In this document: in pieces, positions 1-9,921 of the stretch | Layout of the letters: the number at the start of each line of letters is the position of its first letter | Position numbering within the stretch: position 1 is the first letter of the stretch | Assembly: GCF_001194135.2 (NCBI RefSeq) | Contig: NC_068992.1 | Coordinates: forward strand, 29,911,640 to 29,963,790 | Length of the DNA: 52,151 nucleotides | Reading direction: 5' to 3' | DNA from: Octopus bimaculoides | Taxonomy: Eukaryota | Notes under the pieces: generated by a model | The model's input: the letters and a program-made list of their open reading frames with translations, nothing else | What the model was told of the DNA's origin: nothing | Database searches by the model: none | Program-made: the position numbers and the translations under genes

Positions 1-1
1 T

Positions 2-127
2 ATAATAAAAAAATATTCAGACAAATACATAACAAAAACACCAGGACTTACAAATATATATAACATACAGAAAATTGCACTACTGGGTACTGCACACATT
101 CTACGCAAAACACTTTCAATACAGTAA
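2..127 (+). mobile_element. 3' end of the ORF of an R4/Dong-type (REL endonuclease) non-LTR retrotransposon, cut by the window edge
   Basis: Frame 2 reads IIKKYSDKYITKTPGLTNIYNIQKIALLGTAHILRKTLSIQ* (stop 125-127). QKxALLGTAHILR is the characteristic R4/Dong C-terminus. It is followed by a ~100-nt 3' UTR and a (TAA)n run. Confidence 0.8.
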
Positions 128-229
128 ACATAAGAGCACCACAGCAAACCACAGCACATCCCCAAGGCGCACAGAGCTGCGCTCGGTAGTGAAGTGAAAG
201 CACGTTATAAAAATAAAACTACTGAATAC

Positions 230-302
<73 letters not shown>
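230..302 (+). repeat. (TAA)n microsatellite, tail/target of the R4/Dong element
   Basis: Pure TAA array directly after the 3' UTR. Dong-type elements are known to target TAA repeats. Confidence 0.95.
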
Positions 303-303
<1 letters not shown>

Positions 304-380
304 TGACAACAAAAGAATGAGACCTCGATATTAGGTTAATAGAGAAATTTATATATGTATAGTATAGTACAATCAGTAAG

Positions 381-455
381 TTGTCATAATAGGACTCAGA
401 GTTTCAAATGCTGGATCTAAGAGCTACGATGCATGTTCGTCGGCTACTGCGACAA
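381..455 (-). ncRNA. Minimal type-I hammerhead ribozyme motif (PLE-associated), core variant CCGACGA
   Basis: Minus strand reads UUGUCGCAGUAG-CCGACGA-ACAUGC-(19 nt)-GCAUUU-GAAACUCUGAGUC/CUAUUAUGACAA. Helix I pairs 11 of 12 positions (two G.U), helix II 5 of 6, and helix III ACUCUGAGU is self-complementary. The GUC cleavage triplet is at 395-393. Same strand as, and downstream of, the PLE ORF. Confidence 0.75.
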
Positions 456-589
456 TAGCCGCTATGAAAAAGCCGTTGAATAGAAGGGAAGTTACTCTAA
501 TAGACGGGAAAAAATATAAAAGATAAAATATAAAAAATAAAAAAAATATTAAAAAAATACATGCAACCATATTCTCAATATATATATAA

Positions 590-972
590 AACCTTCTGCG
601 TTCGTGAAGTCTACATGTATACATGTATAAATATACCCACACATACGTATATGTGTACGCAAATTCATCTTCATATACACATAGATGTATGCTTACAAAT
701 ATATTAGACATTTATCCATATAAAATGTACTCATACATATACACAACACATACATTTCTATATACTCGTACAGGCATGTATTCACACTCACCGCATATAT
801 GAATATACACATGTACATATGAATACAGATATACACATACATATACACCCTCCTATCAACGCCCTTACAACCGCAGATATATATACACGCGTAGACATAT
901 ATACACACGCACACACATACACATTCAATATATGCATACTTATACATATACTCACACACGTATACAAACACA
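590..972. repeat. Degenerate (CA)/(TA) low-complexity tract
   Basis: Mosaic of ATAC/ACAC/ATAT units. It accounts for the 693-973 ORFs. Confidence 0.85.
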
Positions 973-1119
973 ATTGAAAAATGAAAAAAAAATATTATAA
1001 ATATTTAAAAAAATATATAAAACAATAAAAAAATGATAAGTTATCTGCAAGGCTTGTACGAGAACATAATAAAAAAAGCAGGTTCTATCCGTGATCTTGG
1101 GGAAGTGGGGCCCAAAACA

Positions 1120-2460
1120 ATAACAAATATTCTGTCATATGTGGACATGATCCAAAAATTTCAGTTCTTGAATTTAGACGTGTAGCGAGGTATAAGGAAC
1201 ATTTCCAGATGAGCTATCTTTCGATATCACAAAGATCGCACTTGGCACTGCCGTTAGTATAAGGTTTACACTAGGCCAAGATTTTCCAGTAAATCTTATA
1301 GCTGACACCTTGTTCTTCTAAGACTGGATAATTTGGTTGTTTTCTGCTGATCCCAGTGTCTGAAGCTTAAGATTGATTTTTGAACCTAGTTTTAAAATTT
1401 CCCTCTGTGAGAGCCACTTATCTCTTTGAATTAAAAGTGTGTTCTTAGCGGTCGTAGAATCTACGGTGGTTTCATAAGTAATGGCCTCGGTCATACAGAT
1501 TCCATTGAGAGGCACAAAACTTCATCTCTACAGGAACAGCCGGCTTCGTGTTGTTGTCTTTTTGTGTTGTGTGCAATTATATATTTAAAATGTATGTTTG
1601 AGGTAAAACTAATATTTAGGTTATGCCTATTGAAGACTTTCCTATATTTATGATTTATTGGAAAGTGTCTATCTATAAGTGTCAAGAAATATTTACCTAC
1701 ATTAAAGGTCACTTCGGAGGAGTAAGGGAGTGTGACCCAGATAATTTTCCTGTGTCTATTTCTGGCCTAATAAGGGTTGTATACGCTATTTCGTCTTTAA
1801 ATCCACTATCTTTAAGAGCTTTGTTATATAATGGGTCAACAATTAAATATGTTTAAATCGGAGGAGTGGCTACAAATGTTCCTACTAATATTCTTAACTA
1901 AATTCTTAAACGCTATGGGGGTGGTTGTGGCAGGAACCTACTTTAGTATAGCTAAGTCTATCGTTGGGCTTTCTACGGGGTTGGTAAATATTCTTTTTCA
2001 AATATAGAGACACGTCAAGGAAACTGACAACCGTCAGGTTGTTATCTATTGCTATGCTAAGATCTAATGTTTTCATAAGATGGATAATATCCTTCCTTAA
2101 GCGATCTTGCGCTGGTCCATCGGTATTAGTAGTTAAAGCTAGAGCATCATCCATATAGATAGCGAAATATACACCAGGAAAATCTTTTCCTGACATATCA
2201 AGCGGGAATAGCCCAATGAGATCGCGTAAGGCTGCTCCATCATATAACGCTATGCTCACATCAAAAGCACCCTCTGTGTTGGCTGACTTAACCCACTTTG
2301 TGTCCTCGCTGAAGACTAAGGTCTTTCTAGCATGGAAGATTATCTCCTTATCTTGTATACTAATCTCTGAAATCGCTTTAGAAAGTGAGGGCTTTATCTA
2401 GCAGTTGAGAGTATGTGCTTTTGTCTACAAGGTATAATTTCTTGGTTTTATCACAAAAAA
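1120..2460 (-). mobile_element. Decayed, 5'-truncated Penelope-like element, RT plus C-terminal GIY-YIG endonuclease (Nematis-like motifs)
   Basis: Minus-strand frames give LLDKALTF, DKEIIFHARKTLVFSEDTKWVK, FDVSIALYDGAALRDLIGLF, IYMDDALA, NLTVVSFLDVSL, RKPNDRLSY..NHP, PIYNKALKDSGF, KIIWVTLPYSSEVTFNVGKYFLTLIDRHFP, CSCR..PLNGIC and IYWKILA*CKPYTNGSAKCDLC..LNSRTEIFGSCPH. Stops and frameshifts are present. Clade assignment is from motif recall. Confidence 0.9.
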
Positions 2461-2477
2461 AATGCCATTTTTTTTTA

Positions 2478-3360
2478 GTACTGTTGATGTACTGGTACTT
2501 ATTTTATCGACCCCACAATGATAAAAGACAAAGTCGACCACGGTGGAATTTGAACTCAGAATGTAAAGGCAGATAGAATACCGCTCGGAATTTTTACTCG
2601 TCTTGCTAACGATTCTGCCAGATCATCACCTTACAAATAATGATAATAATTATTTCTACTATAAGTACAAGGTCTGAAATATTGAGGAGGGAGTTAATCG
2701 ATTACTGGTGCATAACTGGTACCTCATCGACACGGCAAGGATGGAAGGGTAAGTCAAACTCGGCGAACCGTGAACTCAGAACGAAAGGACGGGCGAAAAT
2801 GCCGCTAAGCATTTTGACAGGGTTGCTAACGATTTTGCCTGCTCTCTGCCTTACAAATTATGATAATAATAACTGCAGTTTTTCCTGATATCTTCGTTTA
2901 CTTTCTGCGTTGTTCATGTCTTTTCTAGGATGCTTGTCTCTTTTAGTAGGTACCATCAACATCGGTAGTAAACTGGGGTTTTATTTTACGAACCCCACCA
3001 ATGTACTAAACTGTTATTTCATTCATTAATCACGAAGGGATGAAACCCAAACTTAACCCAGCAGGAAATATCAACAACAATAACCACCACCACCAGTCGA
3101 CCTCGGTGGAATTTGATCTCAAAACGTAGCGACGGACGAAATACCGCTAAGCACTTCGTCCAGTGTGCTGACAATTCTGCCAGCTCGCCGCCTTTATAAC
3201 AATAATAATAATAAAGATAATGATGGCTTCAAAATTTGGGATGAAGGCCAGCCAATTTAGTTGGTGCAGATTAAGTGGATCACGCGAAGATCAGTGCTCA
3301 GCTGGTACTTATATTATTGACCCGAAAGGATGAATGACAATGTTAAACTCGGCGAGAATT
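2478..3360 (-). mobile_element. Stack of five same-orientation copies/fragments of a tRNA-derived SINE (family 2, Meta-domain-like body)
   Basis: Copies at about 2478-2632, 2664-2852, 2950-3068, 3094-3193 and 3222-3360 share the reverse complement of GAGTTCAAATTCC(G)CCGAGGTCGACTTTGCCTTTCATCCTTTCGGGGTCGATAAA..AAGTACCAG. They are separated by (ATA/ATG)n spacers. Confidence 0.85.
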
Positions 3361-4044
3361 TAAACAGAAAAGAAGACTCTGAATAAACTTACAATATAAT
3401 GATTCTGAGATTTTAGAACTCAAATAATATGAACAATTTTCCCCATGGATTATGTTACGTTTCATGTATAATTATATATATGGTGCGTGGTGTTCCAGCT
3501 TACTCGGTAATAGAAAATCAAACAAATCTTTAAAAACAACATTAAATAATGAGAAAAAGTGATCCAGCTTTTCAGCTGCATTGCAACGAAACACGTTTGT
3601 GGAGAGTAAAGTTGATGGGGATGAACAGAGTATACGGCGTTAAAAGAAGGAACATTAATTAATGTTCGTCAGAGGCTGTATATTGAACTCCGGAAGCGAA
3701 GATATTTATTTATTGTGTTAGCAAACATCCATCGTGAAATGTGTAGTATATAATAAATATTTATCCAATTTGAAGTTGCTACATTTCAAGTGCGATTCGC
3801 AAGGCGATATATGCATAAGATTCTTTGCAAGTGTGACTACTGAAACAATCATAAAGATACTTTAAGTGACGTCCATTAAATTTTTTATCTTAAATGATGC
3901 AAGCTGAAAGCAAAACATAGTTCCGCAGACTTATACTGATTTACTGTGAACAGTGTTTTGCATGTATGTATGTGTGTGTGGTGGGGATGGGGGGATGATA
4001 CTCATTGTTCGATATTAAAGTTTTTTATTCATATATACAAAGCA

Positions 4045-4080
4045 AGAGAGAGAGAGAGAGAGAGAGAGAAAGAAAGAGAG
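4045..4080. repeat. (GA)n microsatellite
   Basis: Directly visible GA run. Confidence 0.9.
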
Positions 4081-4329
4081 GCTGTCAAGCAAGGCTGGTT
4101 AATTTCTTCAGTAGCGATTTACATTGTGTAGACAAAGGGAGAAAGAAAGATTAAAAGACATGCTTAGAATTTTCTTAAAAATGAGTGCGTGTTTGAAGTA
4201 TGTAAAGAATGGCAAAGCGCTATACTGACAGATACACACCTGCGCTGGTGCAAACGCAGACGGAAACAAAGGAGCATATACAAAGAGGAGGTAGAGGAAA
4301 GGATGTAAATGAAAGTCATAAATATTATT

Positions 4330-4539
4330 NNNNNNNNNNNNNNNNNNNNNNNNNNNNNNNNNNNNNNNNNNNNNNNNNNNNNNNNNNNNNNNNNNNNNNN
4401 NNNNNNNNNNNNNNNNNNNNNNNNNNNNNNNNNNNNNNNNNNNNNNNNNNNNNNNNNNNNNNNNNNNNNNNNNNNNNNNNNNNNNNNNNNNNNNNNNNNN
4501 NNNNNNNNNNNNNNNNNNNNNNNNNNNNNNNNNNNNNNN
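4330..4539. other. Assembly gap (N-run). Other gaps: 5611-6598, 7277-7356, 23246-23334, 25151-25160, 29853-30653, 31909-32181, 34623-34715, 38979-39175, 40803-40887
   Basis: N characters. Almost every gap is bordered by (TA)n, consistent with sequencing or assembly failure in AT microsatellites. Confidence 1.
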
Positions 4540-4668
4540 ATATATATATATACGTATGTATGTATGTATGTATGTATGTATGTATGTATGTATGTGTGTA
4601 TGTATGTATGTATGTATGTATGTATGTGTGTATGTATGTATGTATGTATGTGTGTATGTATGTATGTA
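4540..4668. repeat. (TA)n-(TATG)n microsatellite
   Basis: Directly visible. Confidence 0.95.
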
Positions 4669-4825
4669 TTGTTTTGACTATACTGTATAAAATAAATTCA
4701 CGCAAAACCGACAGTTTGTGACATGAGTTTTGGTCATTGGACAGCGCAATGATAAAATGAATATATAACATCTACTTGTCACAGCCGAAAGAAACATTTG
4801 ACTAATCGCATATAAATAGATTGGT

Positions 4826-4953
4826 GGAAGCGCAATAACCCAGTGGTTAGGACAGCGGACTTGCGGTTGGAGGATCGCGGTTCCGATTCCGAGATCGGGT
4901 GCTGTGTGTGTTTATTGAGCGAAAACACCTACAGCTCCACGAGGCTCCCGCAG
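4826..4953 (+). mobile_element. tRNA(Arg)-related SINE 5' part (family 3, octopus OR-type)
   Basis: Head GGAAGCGCAATAACCCAGTGGTTAGGACAGCGGACTTGCGG..GGTTCCGATTCC carries A- and B-boxes. The body TTTATTGAGCGAAAACACCTA is shared with 24006-24116. Confidence 0.75.
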
Positions 4954-5010
4954 ACTTTATGGAGTTAGCACTGAAGATATCACCTACAGCATAAACAGTT
5001 GTTCGAAAAT

Positions 5011-5237
5011 GTCATCAATGTATGTCTACCGATGAGACATGATGTTTTAGCTAGGACAGTCCGAGGACAAAGAAATAAGAACACACAATATGGTGTAAAC
5101 CATAGTCACTCGTAATAAAAAGGAGTTCCAGTGAAGTCTCAAAAAAAAGTAGTTACAGGTATATACCTATAATTATTGGGGCACTGGGATATGTAAAACA
5201 AAATCTTGAGAAAACTAATTCGAATACTATAGATCTA
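5011..5237 (+). mobile_element. R4/Dong-type REL endonuclease relic
   Basis: 5163 onward reads IPIIIGALGYVKQNLEK, the IPIIxGALG motif that precedes the C-terminus seen at 2-127. VINVCLP at 5011 resembles the IDVSIP motif in another frame. Confidence 0.55.
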
Positions 5238-6638
5238 ATCCATCACTGGAATTGTAAAAATCTGTAAAACTTTCCGGAAATTTAACATTGAAGTATATAT
5301 GAGCATGTCTAGATATGCAACTATTTTTTGTCATTGTTGTCGTACACATTCGCTAGCTTTCTTACAAAATATCTAATGTAATTAGCTTCGACTTCCTGCG
5401 GAGCAACCAGACGAATAGTCTTAAGAACAATTGCCCGAAACTATAGGGACATCTGGTAACTTGACTGACGAAAGAAGGTTACGAATGACCCATTCTTTTT
5501 TCCCTCTCCCAGTAATTGTTGCTTTTTCTGTCCGCCTTTGTATCGTCTATCTGTCCCGATGTTTTATTGTCCTCTATCGCTTTTTTCTTCCGTTATATAT
5601 ATATATATATNNNNNNNNNNNNNNNNNNNNNNNNNNNNNNNNNNNNNNNNNNNNNNNNNNNNNNNNNNNNNNNNNNNNNNNNNNNNNNNNNNNNNNNNNN
5701 NNNNNNNNNNNNNNNNNNNNNNNNNNNNNNNNNNNNNNNNNNNNNNNNNNNNNNNNNNNNNNNNNNNNNNNNNNNNNNNNNNNNNNNNNNNNNNNNNNNN
5801 NNNNNNNNNNNNNNNNNNNNNNNNNNNNNNNNNNNNNNNNNNNNNNNNNNNNNNNNNNNNNNNNNNNNNNNNNNNNNNNNNNNNNNNNNNNNNNNNNNNN
5901 NNNNNNNNNNNNNNNNNNNNNNNNNNNNNNNNNNNNNNNNNNNNNNNNNNNNNNNNNNNNNNNNNNNNNNNNNNNNNNNNNNNNNNNNNNNNNNNNNNNN
6001 NNNNNNNNNNNNNNNNNNNNNNNNNNNNNNNNNNNNNNNNNNNNNNNNNNNNNNNNNNNNNNNNNNNNNNNNNNNNNNNNNNNNNNNNNNNNNNNNNNNN
6101 NNNNNNNNNNNNNNNNNNNNNNNNNNNNNNNNNNNNNNNNNNNNNNNNNNNNNNNNNNNNNNNNNNNNNNNNNNNNNNNNNNNNNNNNNNNNNNNNNNNN
6201 NNNNNNNNNNNNNNNNNNNNNNNNNNNNNNNNNNNNNNNNNNNNNNNNNNNNNNNNNNNNNNNNNNNNNNNNNNNNNNNNNNNNNNNNNNNNNNNNNNNN
6301 NNNNNNNNNNNNNNNNNNNNNNNNNNNNNNNNNNNNNNNNNNNNNNNNNNNNNNNNNNNNNNNNNNNNNNNNNNNNNNNNNNNNNNNNNNNNNNNNNNNN
6401 NNNNNNNNNNNNNNNNNNNNNNNNNNNNNNNNNNNNNNNNNNNNNNNNNNNNNNNNNNNNNNNNNNNNNNNNNNNNNNNNNNNNNNNNNNNNNNNNNNNN
6501 NNNNNNNNNNNNNNNNNNNNNNNNNNNNNNNNNNNNNNNNNNNNNNNNNNNNNNNNNNNNNNNNNNNNNNNNNNNNNNNNNNNNNNNNNNNNNNNNATAT
6601 ATATATACATATATATAATATAATATATCTATATATAA

Positions 6639-7262
6639 ATATGGGTACAGGACATCACCAACAGTAAACGGCATGAAATACGAAAACAAATGTTTTAAAT
6701 ACGCAAATAACGAGAGAGAAAGATGGAAAACAAGACAAGTAATGCAAAAAATTCAAAGAACCACGCTTCATCAGTTGTCGGCTGTCTTTCTACGCCCCAT
6801 TTCGAGCAATCAGTGACAATATGAGTCTTCGAAGACAGTCGCTCCTATAAATACCAAAATAAAATTCTGGATTTATGAAGGGTCAAATTTGGGGACAGAT
6901 ACAGGACAGTGGAGACATAGAAAGAAACCTAAGGAAAACAAACATGAAGTGTCCTTAGACTTGAACGTTGTGAGAAATATTAACTTTGAAAAGAGAAAAG
7001 GTAGAAGAGAGAGATAGGAGATGTCTAGTACTTATAGCTTCCGTGCAGGAAGGAAAAGATGGTCATGTGAGGAAAAGAAAGAAGGGCGATGGTCAACTGT
7101 GAGCAACGAGAAAGATAAACGAGAAAGATGGGGAGAGAGACATATAAAAAGCGGTGAAAGAGAGAAAAAGGGAATTAGAGAGGACAGGGTAGAAAACAGT
7201 ATAGAGTTGAGTCGCATCAAAAAGGTTAAGATAAACTTACTTGGAAATGGAGGCGTGGCGTT
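6639..7262 (-). mobile_element. Unclassified repeat, possibly a PLE 3' end/pseudo-LTR (long copy)
   Basis: Its 6639-6830 part is homologous to 7512-7698. The minus strand is pyrimidine-rich, and 7200-7250 reads SKFILTFLMRLN, weakly like a GIY-YIG C-terminus. Both ends lie in TA microsatellite or gap. Confidence 0.4.
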
Positions 7263-7454
7263 CAGTTAAATTTTATNNNNNNNNNNNNNNNNNNNNNNNN
7301 NNNNNNNNNNNNNNNNNNNNNNNNNNNNNNNNNNNNNNNNNNNNNNNNNNNNNNNNATATATATATAAATATATTTGTTTAAATATATTTTTTTACACAA
7401 AAAAATTAGCAAAAGAATATAGTATCTATTTAAACACACACACGCACACGCACG

Positions 7455-7497
<43 letters not shown>

Positions 7498-7511
7498 ACA
7501 TATATATGCAT

Positions 7512-7698
7512 ATATGGGTACAGGATGTCACCAACAGTAAACAACATGAAATACGAAAACAAATGAGATATATACGCAAATAACGACAGCGAAAATGGTA
7601 AAAAGAGGTAATACCAAAAATACAATGAATGACCCTTCATCCCTTCATCAGTTGTGGACAGTCCCATTTCTAGCAATCAACAACTATATGACTCTTCG
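7512..7698 (-). mobile_element. Second, truncated copy of the 6639 repeat
   Basis: Shares ATATGGGTACAGGA..CACCAACAGTAAAC..CATGAAATACGAAAACAAATG..TACGCAAATAACGA..CTTCATCAGTTGT..CCCATTTC.AGCAATCA with 6639-6830. Confidence 0.75.
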
Positions 7699-8059
7699 CA
7701 ATATATACTCACACACACGCGCGTGTTTGTTTCTATGTGTGTGTGTGTGTGCGTGTGTGCGTGCCTGCACGTGTGTGTGTACACACATACACTCTCATAA
7801 TTATACAGTGAGACTTAAGTTTTAAATGATTGAAACAAATCCAGCATTCAGAACTCCATTCGCTTCTCTATACTTCAAAAGAGTAAACTAATAGAACTTG
7901 CCTTTTCTTTCCCCTTCACCATAATTATAGAGATCACAGAGTACGTAACGTAGAAAATAAATAGAGAACAAAAAATTCCGGACGGCTTGTTTATAAATTA
8001 TTTAGATCGTGTAATTAATTTACTTATGAACAAAATCTCTTCTTTCATTCTCTCGCTCC

Positions 8060-8074
8060 TTCACTCTCTGTCTC

Positions 8075-8124
<50 letters not shown>

Positions 8125-8141
8125 TCTCTCTCTCTCCCTCT

Positions 8142-8186
<45 letters not shown>

Positions 8187-8190
8187 CATA
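8060..8190. repeat. (CT)n-(CA)n compound microsatellite
   Basis: Directly visible. Confidence 0.95.
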
Positions 8191-8744
8191 CACATGTATA
8201 TCTATAGTCGCATCTATACACATATACTTACAGGCAGGCATAAACAAGCACTTATCTCTTAATTTTTTTTTAACCATTGGACAGCTAATAAACTAGGACG
8301 CTGGTTTGAAAGTTTAAGTCTGTCAATTCAGACCTGGTACTTATCCTAGCATGTTTTTAGCGGTGTCTACTAAGTTACGGGTCGCAAAATATCTACTATA
8401 ATAATACTCTAGTATTTTTCTCCGTCACAACATATGAATGACAAAGGAAAGCATGATAGATGAATAAGGAAGGAAGTGGGGATGGCAAACTGGTGGGATG
8501 GTGAACATTCAACACTGAAAATAGCAATTAAATAGCGTTTCATCTTTGTGTGAGTATATGTGTGTATGTGTATGCGTGTACAAGGGAAGTATGTGAATGT
8601 ATGTTAACATTGACAAGTGTATTAATTTGATTTACCATCCATATTTACATATTTAAATACTAGAATTCGCTCTCGTTGTTGGCGGCACAGGGTCAGCTAG
8701 TATAAAATAGTAAATTTAAAATGAAAACTGGGGTGCGCATTCCG

Positions 8745-9660
8745 TGTCATCACATTTTCTGCAACAGAAATAGATCCAGAGGCAAGATTCAACCTTTTGA
8801 TCACTAAAAGCAGGGACCTGCCAGGCATTCCCTCCGCTGAAGAATGCATTATAACAAACCATCATATATTGCTTCTTGCACAACGTATACAGCTTTAACT
8901 ATTGTCATATGGAACACATCCCGAAAGGAGTAGGACAATGCAGATAGATCATTCATGTCAAAAGTTACGAGCCGTATCTACTATTTCCAATCAAGTGGAA
9001 CGCTAATCTAATCGACCACAGAGCAGCCCAGTGTTTGCGTCTATAAGGCAATGTGAAAGCTGTCTTCAACTATGACACACAAACACTTGCAACGACGCTG
9101 AATTATGCAAGATTATAAATAAATGCAATAGGTGTGGTTGTGTGGTAAGTAGGTTGCTTACCAACCACATGGCCCCGGGTTCAGTCCCACTGCGTGGCAC
9201 CCTGGGCAAGTGTCTTCTACTATAGTCTCGGGCTGGCCAAAGCCTTGTAAGTGGATTTGGTAGACGGAAACTGAATGAAGCCCGTTGTATATATGTATAT
9301 ATTTATATATGTGTGCGTGTATATTTGTGTGTCTGTGTTTGTCTACCCCACCCATCATCACACACACACAGAATGACACAATGCACATGCGTACTTTATC
9401 ACATGTGAAGGCAGTGGCTTAATAATTCACCCACCTCGCTCCACTTCTGCATACAATACATATCCTGAAGTGACCAATAGATGACCTTTTGTATGTCATG
9501 AAATTAAGTAGAAAGTAAACTCAGATTTCTGTATCCACTTTCAACCCCATCTCGTGCATACCGATTTACAATAGACAATGAGAGAGGGATTGACAACTGC
9601 CAAAACATGCTGTTCACATCACAATCAATGGACATACCTAGGGATAATGCCACCAATTTA
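8745..9660 (+). mobile_element. Very degenerate Helitron/PIF1-type helicase remnant, interrupted by a SINE
   Basis: About 9590-9650 reads QLPKHAVHITINGHT*G*, compared with helicase QFPxRLAFAxTINKSQGQ (both stops are one C>T change from Gln). About 8890-8960 reads LTIVIWN..ADRSF, compared with LIIWDE..DRSL. Confidence 0.35.
9130..9358 (+). mobile_element. tRNA-derived SINE family 1 (Nin/Deu-like central domain), 3'-truncated
   Basis: GGTGTGGTTGTGTGGTAAG..GGGTTCAGTCCCACTGCGTGGCACC.TGGGCAAGTGTCTTCTACTATAG..GGATTTGGTAGACGGAAACTGAA.GAAGCCCG matches the copies at 24123, 24886 and 35355. Confidence 0.9.
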
Positions 9661-9814
9661 CTCTTAATAGTGTGCCTTATTAGTATTTACAAGTTAATGT
9701 TATTTCTTATGTTGGCCAGGTCTTTCCCATTCTCATTCTTTTATCGAAATTTGTGACAAATTCTTCTGTAATTTTTTTTTCGTGATGTAAACTCCTTGTC
9801 TTTCTTTTATTCTG

Positions 9815-9921
9815 TTTTTCTTTTACTCTTTTACTTGTTTCAGTCATTTGACTGCAGCCATGCTAGCGCATCGCCTTTATTCGAACAAATCGACCCCAGG
9901 TCTTATTCTATCGGTTTCTCC
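9815..9921 (-). mobile_element. SINE family 1, 3'-end fragment
   Basis: Reverse complement of GGGGTCGATTTGTTCGAATAAAGGCG.TGC..CAGCATGG..GCAGTCAAATGACTGAAACAAGTAAAAGAGTAAAAG. Confidence 0.85.

Noticed and set aside
1623-2401. Plus-strand ORFs 1623-1856 and 2216-2401
   Set aside because: Antisense shadows of the minus-strand PLE reading frame.
3650-3667. Perfect 18-bp palindrome GAACATTAATTAATGTTC next to a minus-strand CUGACGA
   Set aside because: No GAAA or helix III follows, and an AT-rich palindrome of this size is roughly expected once in such a window.
4826-4900. tRNA-like sequences (also the heads at 9130, 13269, 24123)
   Set aside because: They continue into SINE bodies and lack a complete cloverleaf, so they are not tRNA genes.
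5405-5500. Hammerhead-like words CAGACGA..GCCCGAAACTATAG..CTGACGAA
   Set aside because: No NUH triplet after helix III, and no helix I or II pairing in type I, II or III topology.
4209-6689. Long ORFs (up to 395 aa; also 29562-30965, 31649-32315, 38891-39252)
   Set aside because: They are open only because they run through N-gaps and TA/CA repeats.
6740-6810. Minus-strand GCUCGAAAU..CUGAUGAAG (permuted hammerhead?) in the 6639/7512 repeat
   Set aside because: Helices I and III cannot be formed in either copy.
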